DNA of 64,000 nucleotides from a virus: the IMG/VR virus record IMGVR_UViG_3300045988_148153, positions 1-64,000 of that record; one strand, written 5' to 3'. Positions 53,214 through 62,273 of the stretch are shown piece after piece. The notes beneath the pieces are model-generated. The model did no database searches and was not told where the DNA came from. It saw only the letters and a list, made by a program, of their open reading frames with translations. The position numbers and the translations under genes were made by a program. Numbering within the stretch: position 1 is the stretch's first letter; each line of letters opens with the position of its first letter.

Positions 53214-54821
53214 TTAATCTTCATTCAAGAAATCATCGTCCGAATATTCCCAGCCTTCAAACAGCCCTGTCTTTGCTTCTTCCGCAATATTGGGGACATG
53301 CCTCATAAAATTGTTGCCAATATCTTCATTTCCGCACCATAACGTATAAGCGTTGCTGTACCCTTTATCTGCACGTTTCTCGCGCGCATATCCGAGGGAC
53401 AGCATGTCAAGCCCCAACTTTCTTTGAGAAACCGGAACTGCACCGTTCTTTTTGCAGAACCGTTCGTAATTCTTGTATATCTCCGAAGATGTCAGTTCTA
53501 TGGGACTACTTCCTTCAAATTCTTCCGGCTGGCACTCTTTATATTTGAGATATTCCGATATACTTCCGTCTACAAGTTTTCCATCTTTCCCGGTAACAGT
53601 AGACCGTATTCTTTCCAGTTTCAAATCAATCTTCCCACCCAGGTTCTCAGGCATTCGCCAGTTATTCTTTTTTAACTCACAAAGCCCCTTTACTATCCAT
53701 GCCATTATACCAGCATATTCCGGCTTCATCCTTTCCGCAAGCATAGTATCTCTCTTTTCCATCGGTATTGTCTTGTCAAAGTTCAGTACGAGAGCACGGC
53801 GTTGCATACTTTCATCATCAGGGTCGTCCCGATTAAGAAAGTCTTTAGGCTGCCAACGGTAGTTGGAGTTACACAGCATGATAGGCGGTCTCTGCATCAT
53901 TGTGATGTTTCCGCCTATTCCCCGACAGGCAATCGGTTCTCCACTGGATATAGCCTTGATTATACTCATATCCTTAAAATCCCCGCGGTTGCTTTCCGTG
54001 CAATACATAAGTCTTTTCTTTGACATGGAATAAGCGGCACGCAGTTGCTCGTCCCCGCCTCTTGCAAACTGGCTCATCTTGATGTTGAGTATTTCATCTT
54101 CCCCGAACATATCCTTCAGAACCCTGTAAATAACGCTTTTCCCATTTGCCCCCGTACCCTGCAATATAAGGAAATACTCGAAACTGATATTCTTCCTGTT
54201 AACAAGACAAGCGCCGAGGAACATCTGCAATATTCTTCGTTTGTGCTTCTCCGGCAATACTCCGTCCAACTCTTCCGTAGGTATCCAGCTCTCTCCAAGA
54301 AAGCTTCTCCATGTAGGACAGTTGAATATTTCCTTTCTGTCATATTTGAAAGGATACATCTTTACGCAGTCGAACTTAGGAGAATGGGGATAAGTCTTTA
54401 AGGTATTCATGTCAACCACGCAATTAGTGAAGCACATAATACTAAGGTCGGGTTGCAGCTCATGGTCTCTGATAACATTTATTATCCGGTTCATGTAAGC
54501 ATACATGTTTTTATTGGTGCGGTCACGGGCTGCAACACCCATTTTCTCAAGCCACCTGTCTACGGCGTCATAAAGCACGTTGTAGTCCATATACTCGTAT
54601 ATCTTTCCGGTAAACACATACAACGGAACGCGATAATCGGCAGTGTCTCTCGTCACCACGCCATACCCTTCCCGGAATAATTCTTCAAGACGCCTACCGT
54701 ATCTGTCTATACGTTCCGGATTACTCGTAACCAAAGATATGTCCCTAAATGTAGGGGCGTATTTATCACAATGCTGTGACAGCAATCCAAGCACATAATC
54801 CTTTAATTCCCTTCTGTTCAT
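53214..54821 (-). CDS. D5/P4-family SF3 helicase (primase-helicase-like)
   Basis: Walker A LILQGTGANGKSV, Walker B-like LMYCTESN, with a D5_N-like region upstream. Confidence 0.8.
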   Translation of the reverse strand: MNRRELKDYVLGLLSQHCDKYAPTFRDISLVTSNPERIDRYGRRLEELFREGYGVVTRDTADYRVPLYVFTGKIYEYMDYNVLYDAVDRWLEKMGVAARDRTNKNMYAYMNRIINVIRDHELQPDLSIMCFTNCVVDMNTLKTYPHSPKFDCVKMYPFKYDRKEIFNCPTWRSFLGESWIPTEELDGVLPEKHKRRILQMFLGACLVNRKNISFEYFLILQGTGANGKSVIYRVLKDMFGEDEILNIKMSQFARGGDEQLRAAYSMSKKRLMYCTESNRGDFKDMSIIKAISSGEPIACRGIGGNITMMQRPPIMLCNSNYRWQPKDFLNRDDPDDESMQRRALVLNFDKTIPMEKRDTMLAERMKPEYAGIMAWIVKGLCELKKNNWRMPENLGGKIDLKLERIRSTVTGKDGKLVDGSISEYLKYKECQPEEFEGSSPIELTSSEIYKNYERFCKKNGAVPVSQRKLGLDMLSLGYAREKRADKGYSNAYTLWCGNEDIGNNFMRHVPNIAEEAKTGLFEGWEYSDDDFLNED

Positions 54822-54881
54822 TATATGTCGCTAATTTTGTGTCAAAAAGAACATAGCTATATCTGCTATAGGCGCATTTTA

Positions 54882-54916
54882 TAAAAATAGCCTTTTTCTT
54901 TTAATTATTAAGGCTA
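54882..54916 (-). terminator. leader hairpin + U-tract upstream of the helicase operon
   Basis: Minus strand TAGCCTT-N15-AAGGCTA followed by TTTTTAT. Confidence 0.5.
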
Positions 54917-54950
54917 AATACATATAATCATGTTCTTTATCTTCCTTATG

Positions 54951-55018
54951 CAAATATACAACTATCTGATAATAAAACAAGTGAATTTTCTAATAAATAT
55001 GGGAAAAAGCTAGAAAAT
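54951..55018 (-). promoter_or_regulatory. -7 box TATATTTG plus ATTTTCTAA-N16-CTAGAAAAT
   Basis: caaatata at 54951-54958. Half-sites at 54985-54993 and 55010-55018. Confidence 0.6.
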
Positions 55019-55161
55019 AAGCTATGAATGCCTGTTTTATCAGAAAATGCGGAGATACAACGGGGTTCTTGTTGTAAAATATCGTTACAAGTTGATGGAA
55101 AATAGGGGGAATAAAAAATTTTTAGGTGAGGTGACTACGCCCGAATACTTTACATAATATA

Positions 55162-55189
55162 GGGGTGGGGTGGGGACTGTTTGGCTGGG
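55162..55189 (+). other. G-quadruplex-capable tract
   Basis: GGGG-T-GGGG-T-GGGG-N11-GGG in an otherwise AT-rich spacer. Confidence 0.5.
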
Positions 55190-55372
55190 TGTATGGGCGC
55201 TAATTACTGTGTAGTAGTGTGTTACGGTTTATATTATCTATATAATATAAAGTTTTGATTTGCTTACATTTCCCCTACTATCCCATCATTGGCGAGAATT
55301 GGGAAATAACACAACGTAGCCGAAGACACCCGCTAATAATTATAAATAAAATCAATATTATAAATATATGAT

Positions 55373-55387
55373 ATAGATAATATCTAT
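55373..55387. promoter_or_regulatory. palindrome ATAGATA-a-TATCTAT
   Basis: Perfect 7-1-7 palindrome. A related ATAGAT-aaa-ATCTAT lies at 55451-55465, with further ATAGATA/TATCTAT half-sites nearby. Confidence 0.6.
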
Positions 55388-55889
55388 TAATCATCGTACT
55401 CCGTTAACGCCTTGTGTTTATATGTGTTGTCTATATGTTGTATTTATAATATAGATAAAATCTATTGGCTTTAAATGTCTATGTTTATACTTGTTGATAT
55501 TATATATTTACATTTGTTAGTGCTGTGTTTGTGTGTTATAATTAGTTGATAATAAGGTGTTTGATTATATGTTATTTATGTTTTAAAGCATGTGTATTTT
55601 ATGAAAATATTTTGCAATATCCTTTGCTGTTTACGATATAATTTGTATCTTTGTAATGTAAGAAAGGGATAGATATAAGGTCTGGTTCTTACAAGCGTTG
55701 TTTATATTATGAGATAAAAAAGGAGCTGCAAGTACGGCAATACTCACAACTCCGAAAGAAGGGAATAACCAAGAAAAGTACATCCCACTCCAACGAGGGC
55801 AAAAGTACTCATCTTGGTTATCACTTCCAAATTATCCTCTTTGAAACTCCGCTATACTTTGAATTATTAACAATTTAATATATATCATT

Positions 55890-57446
55890 ATGAAAGCAAT
55901 GAATTTCTACACTGCGAACGGTTGGGCTGGATCAAACTATGATAGCAAGTTATCTACAAAGGAAATCGCCGCAAAAGTTAGGGCGTATGCAAAAAAGAAT
56001 TTCCCGGAGTTTAAATTCTCGGTTCGTTCTGAATGGAGCATGTACACGGATTCTATGTATATTGAGTTAAAGGCAGGCACTTGTATTCCTTTTATTGAAG
56101 GTTCCAGAAGTGCGGAACGTGGTTATATGTCTACGATGAACACCGTAAAGGGCTGGGAAAAGGATTTAACGCCGGAAATGTTTAAAGTGTTGGACGCTGT
56201 TACGACTTATGCAAGTTCTTTTCGTTACGATGATAGCGACGGTATGCAAGATTATTACGATACTAATTTTTATTTGAGTATAAAAGTTAGCGACGAATAC
56301 CAGGTAATAGAGCCGAAAGTAAAGAAGAATGCACCGAAGAAGGGGCAGGAAGAAAGTACCAATGTAGTAGAACCCGTTACAGTTGAAGGTCTGGAAATGG
56401 TGGATTATTCCGAAAAAGCTATTGCGGTGTTCGGCGATACGAAAGCGATAAAAGAGCAGTTATTGGTAGAGGCTATAAAATTGTCGGAATCTGTTTCAAA
56501 TACCAATATATCACAAAAGAAACGCGGAAAGAGTTTACAGGATATAATAGATCAAACACGCCGTTTAAATGGTCATGCTGGCCGCAATTGGTATTGGAGT
56601 TTTAAACGGGAAAAACTTATAAATAAGATATATTCGGATTATGTTACTAATATTCAGAAATTAGGCGCATTTTCGGATCCTGAAAAGAAATTTACAAAAG
56701 AAGAGTATACCGGTATAACTCCTACTGAAATTCCAGGTATTGTCGAAGTCGGGCAAAAAGAAGTTGCAATAAAGGAAGGCGATTTAATAGCATTCAAGAC
56801 TAACAGCTTTCAAGATTCAGAGGTTTATAGAGGGAGTGTTGAATATAAAGAGCAATTAGGGTTTGTGGTTTTCGTGGATGGTGTGCAATATGAACTAAGA
56901 AAGGCGATAGATATTAGAAGGTTGCAGGATAAAACAGAACATCAGGAAAACGAAACGTACCCACTTGAAAATATCAGCTTCACTGAAACGGACAACCTTA
57001 ACGGCGTATGCTATTACGACATTGAAGGCGCGGGAGTTATAACCAGCGCGAAAGTACGTGCGGATATACAGCCGGGCGATGTTTTCAACGTGTACACAGC
57101 AGAGGAGCGCAAATACATTGTAACCTACGACGGTGCAAGCCTGGAAAGTAGTTTAAATAAAGATTTACCCGGTATAATTGAAACGAATAACAACATAGAG
57201 GCGGGAACGTTGAGCGCTTCAAGTTTTTACAAGCCGATCCTTGAAAATGTGGAGCTCTACGAAAAGAAAGCAAATGACGAACGATACATAACGAGAAACA
57301 GCCCAAAAGGCGGTTATTATCATGTTATAGATACTTTGGATAATTGCCCGGTAGGATTCTTCCAAACAAAAGAAGAAGCCGAAAAAGAGGCGGAAATACT
57401 TAACGGGTTTACGGATGGTAACGGACGTTTAAAAAGTGTCGTATAA
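55890..57446 (+). CDS. large hypothetical protein
   Basis: 518 aa. The segment VDYSEKAIAVFGDTKAIKEQL recalls a domain seen in polyvalent proteins of conjugative elements and phages. No function assigned. Confidence 0.5.
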   Translation: MKAMNFYTANGWAGSNYDSKLSTKEIAAKVRAYAKKNFPEFKFSVRSEWSMYTDSMYIELKAGTCIPFIEGSRSAERGYMSTMNTVKGWEKDLTPEMFKVLDAVTTYASSFRYDDSDGMQDYYDTNFYLSIKVSDEYQVIEPKVKKNAPKKGQEESTNVVEPVTVEGLEMVDYSEKAIAVFGDTKAIKEQLLVEAIKLSESVSNTNISQKKRGKSLQDIIDQTRRLNGHAGRNWYWSFKREKLINKIYSDYVTNIQKLGAFSDPEKKFTKEEYTGITPTEIPGIVEVGQKEVAIKEGDLIAFKTNSFQDSEVYRGSVEYKEQLGFVVFVDGVQYELRKAIDIRRLQDKTEHQENETYPLENISFTETDNLNGVCYYDIEGAGVITSAKVRADIQPGDVFNVYTAEERKYIVTYDGASLESSLNKDLPGIIETNNNIEAGTLSASSFYKPILENVELYEKKANDERYITRNSPKGGYYHVIDTLDNCPVGFFQTKEEAEKEAEILNGFTDGNGRLKSVV

Positions 57447-57556
57447 TGTTCGGCGTTATGTTGCTTTTATTCGGCGCCGTGTTGTTCATCAGCAGCACCG
57501 ATATAGAGAAAATAAGGGAACTTATAAACAACAGTAAAGAATCAGATAAATTTTGA
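57446..57556 (+). CDS. tiny hydrophobic peptide (36 aa)
   Basis: TAATG overlap with the upstream gene. MFGVMLLLFGAVLFISS... Confidence 0.25.
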   Translation: MFGVMLLLFGAVLFISSTDIEKIRELINNSKESDKF

Positions 57557-57560
57557 ATAT

Positions 57561-57701
57561 ATGTATTTAGGTTTTGTGCTTTGGGTAATCTTGCTAATTG
57601 TTATCTTATGGAATATTAGTCCAGCGCTGGTTATTACATCAGCTTTGATAGGCATTGCTCTTGCGATAGGGAAAACAAAAGATAATAAATCAGGTGAATA
57701 A
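57561..57701 (+). CDS. tiny two-TM peptide (46 aa)
   Basis: MYLGFVLWVILLIVILWNISPALVITSALIGIALAIGK. The stop is 1 nt before the integrase ATG. Confidence 0.3.
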   Translation: MYLGFVLWVILLIVILWNISPALVITSALIGIALAIGKTKDNKSGE

Positions 57702-57702
57702 T

Positions 57703-58545
57703 ATGGAGACTTTAAAGAACGTGTTTTTGAAGAAATACCCGCAATACGAGAAAGTTTTACGAGTATACGAAGAGGTTAATAAAGTAGAATGTACATTCGA
57801 CAGCATAACAAAGCCGAGGCTGTACAACTTTGTTCAGGCTCTTAATGAAAGAGTAGCCACCAATAGCGCTAAAACCTATTGCGCTATGCTTAAATCGGTT
57901 CTTAATCTGTATAATGATGTATATTCCTTCCCGAAAGGTTTCGAGGTTATATTGACCTTGAAAAAGGACGCTACGCAAAGTACATGGTTAACGGACGACG
58001 AGATAAAAACACTGTTGGCATATAACCCGATTAACGATACGGAACGGGCTGTGAAAAACTGCTTTTTGCTCGGTTGTCTTACCGGTGCCAGGCATTCAGA
58101 TTACATCAACTTTACGGATGATAATATAATAGACGGACGACTGATATACATTTCCCAGAAAACGAAAACAAAGGCCGAAATACCTGCGGCGCCTGCCGTG
58201 TTGCGTATTCTGAAGGAAAACCGGGAATATGGTATCAATGAACGAAAGGTTTCGGATGTGACATTTAACGATACGATAAGAAGTATTTGCCGCCGGTGCG
58301 GGATAAATAAGCGGATAAAACTATATCAGGCGGGTGAATATATAACCGGTGAAAAGTGGGAGTTTATTTCCTCGCATTCCGCCCGGAAGTCTTGCGCAAC
58401 CAACTTATATTTAAGAGGTGCGGATTTGTATTCTATCAGCCGGATGTTGGGGCACTCCAGCGTAACGATGACCGAAACGTATATATGTTGTGGGCTGCGT
58501 GAATTGTCGGATAAGGTTATGGGGTATTTCAAAGGTTTTGAATAA
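57703..58545 (+). CDS. int: tyrosine recombinase/integrase (compact, no arm-binding domain)
   Basis: TGARHSD (Arg I), SSHSARKS (H-x-x-R), LGHSSVTMTETY (His/Tyr). Confidence 0.85.
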   Translation: METLKNVFLKKYPQYEKVLRVYEEVNKVECTFDSITKPRLYNFVQALNERVATNSAKTYCAMLKSVLNLYNDVYSFPKGFEVILTLKKDATQSTWLTDDEIKTLLAYNPINDTERAVKNCFLLGCLTGARHSDYINFTDDNIIDGRLIYISQKTKTKAEIPAAPAVLRILKENREYGINERKVSDVTFNDTIRSICRRCGINKRIKLYQAGEYITGEKWEFISSHSARKSCATNLYLRGADLYSISRMLGHSSVTMTETYICCGLRELSDKVMGYFKGFE

Positions 58546-58622
58546 CATGTTTAAAAACATGCTTTATAAGACAAATCGCAGATTAATAAACAATAATTTT
58601 GCAAACAATAAAAAATAAGATT

Positions 58623-58823
58623 ATGAAAACTTACGATGTACATTTCAACGACGCCAACGATTTTAACAACAAGGGTTTTAAGGAATCGTTCGAGTATTGT
58701 AAGGGGTATATAGAATCCTATAACGGTACCGATGAATCTTACTTTGCCGATTATAAGGGCGGTATTGTTTCAATTGTGTGTAATGAGAGTGGAGAAGAAG
58801 TCTATTCGGAAGAGGTAAAATAA
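58623..58823 (+). CDS. hypothetical acidic protein
   Basis: 66 aa from ATG 58623. Confidence 0.45.
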   Translation: MKTYDVHFNDANDFNNKGFKESFEYCKGYIESYNGTDESYFADYKGGIVSIVCNESGEEVYSEEVK

Positions 58824-58834
58824 AATATATCTCT

Positions 58835-59074
58835 ATGGCACAAGCAAGTAAATACGCATATGATGAAGATAGTGTAAAGGCTATCGTTCATTGGGCTTTA
58901 ACGGCTCAATTACCCACTCAAATAGAGTTGAGCGAATCGGAGAATATATTAGATGTTCAGAAGTACATACAAGCGAATATACACGATATAAACCAGCATT
59001 TTCCAGATCCGTTTTACAATCCGGCGATTGACAGGCTGTATCGGTTAAAAGAGTTTATGGAAAAACAAGAATGA
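58835..59074 (+). CDS. hypothetical protein
   Basis: 79-aa ORF. Confidence 0.45.
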   Translation: MAQASKYAYDEDSVKAIVHWALTAQLPTQIELSESENILDVQKYIQANIHDINQHFPDPFYNPAIDRLYRLKEFMEKQE

Positions 59075-59104
59075 TTTTATAACCCAGTGGGTTATTTCGT
59101 TTGT

Positions 59105-59140
59105 TTTGGGTTGAATTTAACCCACTGGGTTGTTTGGGTT
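59105..59140. repeat. 36-bp exact inverted copy of 4927-4962
   Basis: The reverse complement equals aacccaaacaacccagtgggttaaattcaacccaaa. It starts inside the stop codon of the truncated integrase. An extra AACCCAGTGGGTT palindrome lies at 59081-59093. Confidence 0.95.
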
Positions 59141-59790
59141 ATAACTTGCTGTCCATCTTTTCAAATTCTTCCTGTACGGACTTGTTCAATACTTTGGCGT
59201 ATATCTGGGTCGTTTTTATGTCTGTGTGCCCCAACATTTTAGCGAGATTTTCAATAGACACTCCCATATTTAAAGCCATTACCGCAAAACTATGCCTTGC
59301 CATATGGGAATGAAGGCTTAATTTGATTTTAGCAAGTTCTTGAACGATTTTCAGTCTTAAATTATATTGGTAATTGCTGATAGCCGGCAGTTTGAAATCA
59401 TATTTTCTCAATATTTCCATTGCGGGTTTGAGAAGCATAAGGAAATACTCCTCTTGAGTTTTTACTCTTACATCCCTTATAAAGAATTTATTCTTTCTCT
59501 CTATAACCGTGCTGAAATCGAATTTAAACAGGTCTGCATACGACAATCCGGTAAAACATTGAAATATGAATAAGTCTCTCACTTTATCAATGCTTTCAGA
59601 AGCTATTTCTAAGCTCCGTATTTGATTTATTTGTTCTATGGTGAGGTATTTTATTCCTTCGCTTTTTCCCCTGTCGAATTTGAGCTTATTATAGGGGTTT
59701 TCTTTGATAAGCTCGTATTTTATCGATTCGTTTATGTATCTCTTTAGCCTTTTATGATAGCCGTGTACCGTCCAACATCTATTTGTATGC
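59139..59790 (-). pseudogene. 5'-truncated tyrosine recombinase with Arg I replaced by Ser
   Basis: The frame is open to ~59790 with no usable start. CFTGLSYADL sits where TGLRYSD is expected. HSHMARHS and LGHTDIKTTQIY are retained. Confidence 0.65.
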
Positions 59791-59917
59791 TATTTCTTCC
59801 ATTCCTTGCATTGGAAAGTTTTTGTTTGGTCAAATCTGGAATCTCTTTGCATAAAGAGGCTCCGCTTATACCGACTTTGTCAAGTATTTCAAAAAACCTT
59901 TTTGTGACATCACCCAT
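59744..59917 (-). CDS. XRE/Cro-like HTH protein (57 aa)
   Basis: MGDVTKRFFEILDKVGISGASLCKEIPDLTKQKLSNARNGRNSIQIDV. Overlaps the start of the integrase remnant frame. Confidence 0.5.
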   Translation of the reverse strand: MGDVTKRFFEILDKVGISGASLCKEIPDLTKQKLSNARNGRNSIQIDVGRYTAIIKG

Positions 59918-60432
59918 AATTTTTCACTTTTTATTTTGCGGTACAGAAAATATGTACTACATTTGTCGCCGTAATAAGTGCGAGATGTTACCAGACATTG
60001 ATTAAACATTCTCCTTATGGAGTTTATATATGATTGCCTCGTAGTAGCTCGCACCTATTACGGGGCTTTCTATTTAAAGCCAGTTATACAATCGGCGGTA
60101 GGCTGCATAAGCAGAGAGACAGAGGGTTGTATTCCTAAAACTCGATACTGCGTGGGCGTGAGAAATCGAGAGGCGAACGAAACCGGAGTGCCTTCACAGC
60201 GACAAGTAAGCGAAAAGTCCGGGAAGATGGTAACTTGTTAATGCCATCCAGCTAAAAACAGCGTACTTTATACGAGCGATGACTGTTTGAATGCTGCTAA
60301 TAGCCAAGAGGCGTAAAACCCTCTAAAGGGCGAACTATGCAGCATTCAGCACCTTTACCGAGTGAGACTTTTACTTAATAAGTTAATTATTAGATTATAA
60401 ATACTTGAAAATATAATTTTAAATTATAGCTT

Positions 60433-61175
60433 ATGAATGAACTTGTTTTTAAAGGTCAGAACGACTAAGTTTTAACTAATAGTCTATTAGTGGCTGAAAA
60501 GTTTGGAAAAAGACATGCCGATGTAATAAGAAGCATTGATAATATTCTTAATACAGAGGATGAATCACTCAACGCAAAAATGCGTTTAGCTTTTGTTTCA
60601 ACGACTTACGAAGATGTAACCGGCAAAAGTAATCCAGCTTATATTATGAATCAAAAAGGTTTCTCTATTTTGGTTATGGGATGGAATGGCATAAAGGCAT
60701 TGAAATTCAAGAATGATTTTTACGATGCTTTTGAAGCGATGGAAAAAGCGCTAAAAGAGCAAAGGAAACCATTATCCCAGCTTGAAATCCTTGTTCAGTC
60801 CGCACAAGCTTTGCTTGAACAAAGCAGGCGTATCGAAAATGTAGAAAAACGCTTAGATGCAATGGAACAAGAAAGAGAGGAAAACGGTAAATTGCTTTTG
60901 GCTGTATCAGTTTCATCAGAGAAAGTCCCGGAAATGCCTTTGCGTGACAAAATACGTCAGTTGGTGAATAAATATGCTTCAGCACTAATACGAGACAGCA
61001 AGATGTGTGGCATAAGATTTACGACCAGCTTTATTATCTATACCATATATCAATACGCAACTACAAGAAAATAAGGCGTGATGAGTCCAAACTTGAAATC
61101 GCTGAACGTAATCATTTTCTTGATAAAATATACACCATTATTTCAAACCTCATTCGAGAATACAAGGCTGCTTAA
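60433..61175 (+). pseudogene. Rha-family regulatory protein, disrupted
   Basis: MNELVFKGQND-TAA(60466)-VLTNSLLVAEKFGKRHADVIRSI is in frame. The C-terminus continues in another frame from ~60985 (TRQQDVWHKIYDQLYYLY...EYKAA). Confidence 0.7.
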
Positions 61176-61460
61176 GTAGTCTATAACCGATTGTAAACAT
61201 TTCAAAGACCAATTTTAGACCTGTTTTTTATGCCTTGGATAAATATGTTTTATAACATATAATTTTTTGTACTATTTTCTTTAAAGTACAAAATATATGC
61301 ACTATCTTTGCGATGTTCTTAGAACGAAAGAACGACGGCAACAAGGCATAAAAAATAGAAGCAACTATAAAGCCGCTTATCTTTTGTTTTTACATCGGCG
61401 AATATAGTGTATTTTCTATATAAAAGCAAATAAAATGAGAAAATTTATATAATAAGTGGT

Positions 61461-61667
61461 ATGAAAATAACAAGAGAAGATATTTTGAAGATAAAACCTG
61501 GGAGTTCGCTCAAGGTACGCTTAAGTGATTATAGGGCTTGCGATTCGGCGAGGGCTATTGCTTATAGAACTGCACTGGCAGACCCAAGGCCGGATGTGGA
61601 GAGGTATAAAGTATCCATTAATACGAAGACATGGGAATTAACAATTACAGCTATTAAAAAGTCATGA
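61461..61667 (+). CDS. hypothetical protein
   Basis: 68-aa ORF. Confidence 0.45.
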   Translation: MKITREDILKIKPGSSLKVRLSDYRACDSARAIAYRTALADPRPDVERYKVSINTKTWELTITAIKKS

Positions 61668-61912
61668 CCCGTACAGAAGCAAGAATCTTAGCAGAAGAAT
61701 TGTACAAACTTATGCGCAAGGATGTGAAAATGTTTGTAGAAGCAACGGTGGTAAAATGCTCTGATGAATGGGTCGGGGTAGGAGAGCCCGCCGAAATTCT
61801 TGGATGTTCAACAGGAACTCTTTATAACAATATATCTAATATTCCTCACACAAAGAATGGTAGACTTCTTCGGTTTAAAAAATCAGCATTGATTAAATAT
61901 TTGGAAAGATGA
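61664..61912 (+). CDS. excisionase-like HTH protein
   Basis: PAEILGCSTGTLYNNISNIPHTKNGRLLRFKKSALIKYLE resembles the HTH_17/excisionase family. Confidence 0.55.
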   Translation: MTRTEARILAEELYKLMRKDVKMFVEATVVKCSDEWVGVGEPAEILGCSTGTLYNNISNIPHTKNGRLLRFKKSALIKYLER

Positions 61913-62145
61913 AAACCTACGATTTAAACAGAGCCTCTCGGCTTGCACTTCGGATAGCCTTAGTTATTGCGGTAATGGCAGGATGTATATACAGCGGCCA
62001 TGTGGAATACAACGACGATGTGTTATCCGGCATGAGTTCTGATAAGTACGACTTTATCAGTATCCAGATAAATGACAGTTCGCAGTCGGCGGTAGTATCC
62101 GAGTATATGAGCAACAAGCAGTACTACGACAGCCTCGACTATTAG
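61909..62145 (+). CDS. small membrane protein
   Basis: N-terminal TM helix. Confidence 0.45.
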   Translation: MKTYDLNRASRLALRIALVIAVMAGCIYSGHVEYNDDVLSGMSSDKYDFISIQINDSSQSAVVSEYMSNKQYYDSLDY

Positions 62146-62154
62146 AAAACATCT

Positions 62155-62273
62155 TCCCTCTTATCTCAGCCAGACAGAGTGTCGCCTCGGTTATTATTCG
62201 TGAAAGTTTAGTTATTTCCGGTCTGTGTATTCCGGTGGTGAAGGTCGCACGTTCGAATCGTGCAGAGGGAGCA
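62155..62273 (+). tRNA. aberrant tRNA-like element (Arg-CCG-like 3' half; 43-nt insertion in the anticodon arm; degenerate D-loop)
   Basis: Acceptor TCCCTCT/AGAGGGA 7 bp. T-arm GCACG-TTCGAAT-CGTGC. Anticodon stem TCGCC/GGTGA encloses 50 nt instead of 7. Loop TTCCGGT lies next to the 3' strand. Confidence 0.35.

Noticed and set aside
4927-59140. 54-kb invertible segment bounded by the 36-bp inverted repeats
   Set aside because: Inversion would truncate the replication-organizer gene after ~105 aa and split the late modules. The adjacent recombinase is defective. I kept it only as a minor alternative under the 36-bp repeat finding.
60180-60240. GCGAAAAGTCCGGGAAG resembling the RNase P RNA GGAAAGUCCGGGC core
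   Set aside because: Only this one short segment matches. None of the other conserved RNase P regions (for example ACAGAAxCCGGCUUA) is present nearby.
60466-60468. In-frame TAA in the Rha-like gene as evidence of stop-codon reassignment
   Set aside because: All large genes end at conventional stops and none requires read-through. The same gene also carries a frameshift, and no suppressor tRNA with a UUA anticodon was found. Pseudogenisation is the simpler explanation.
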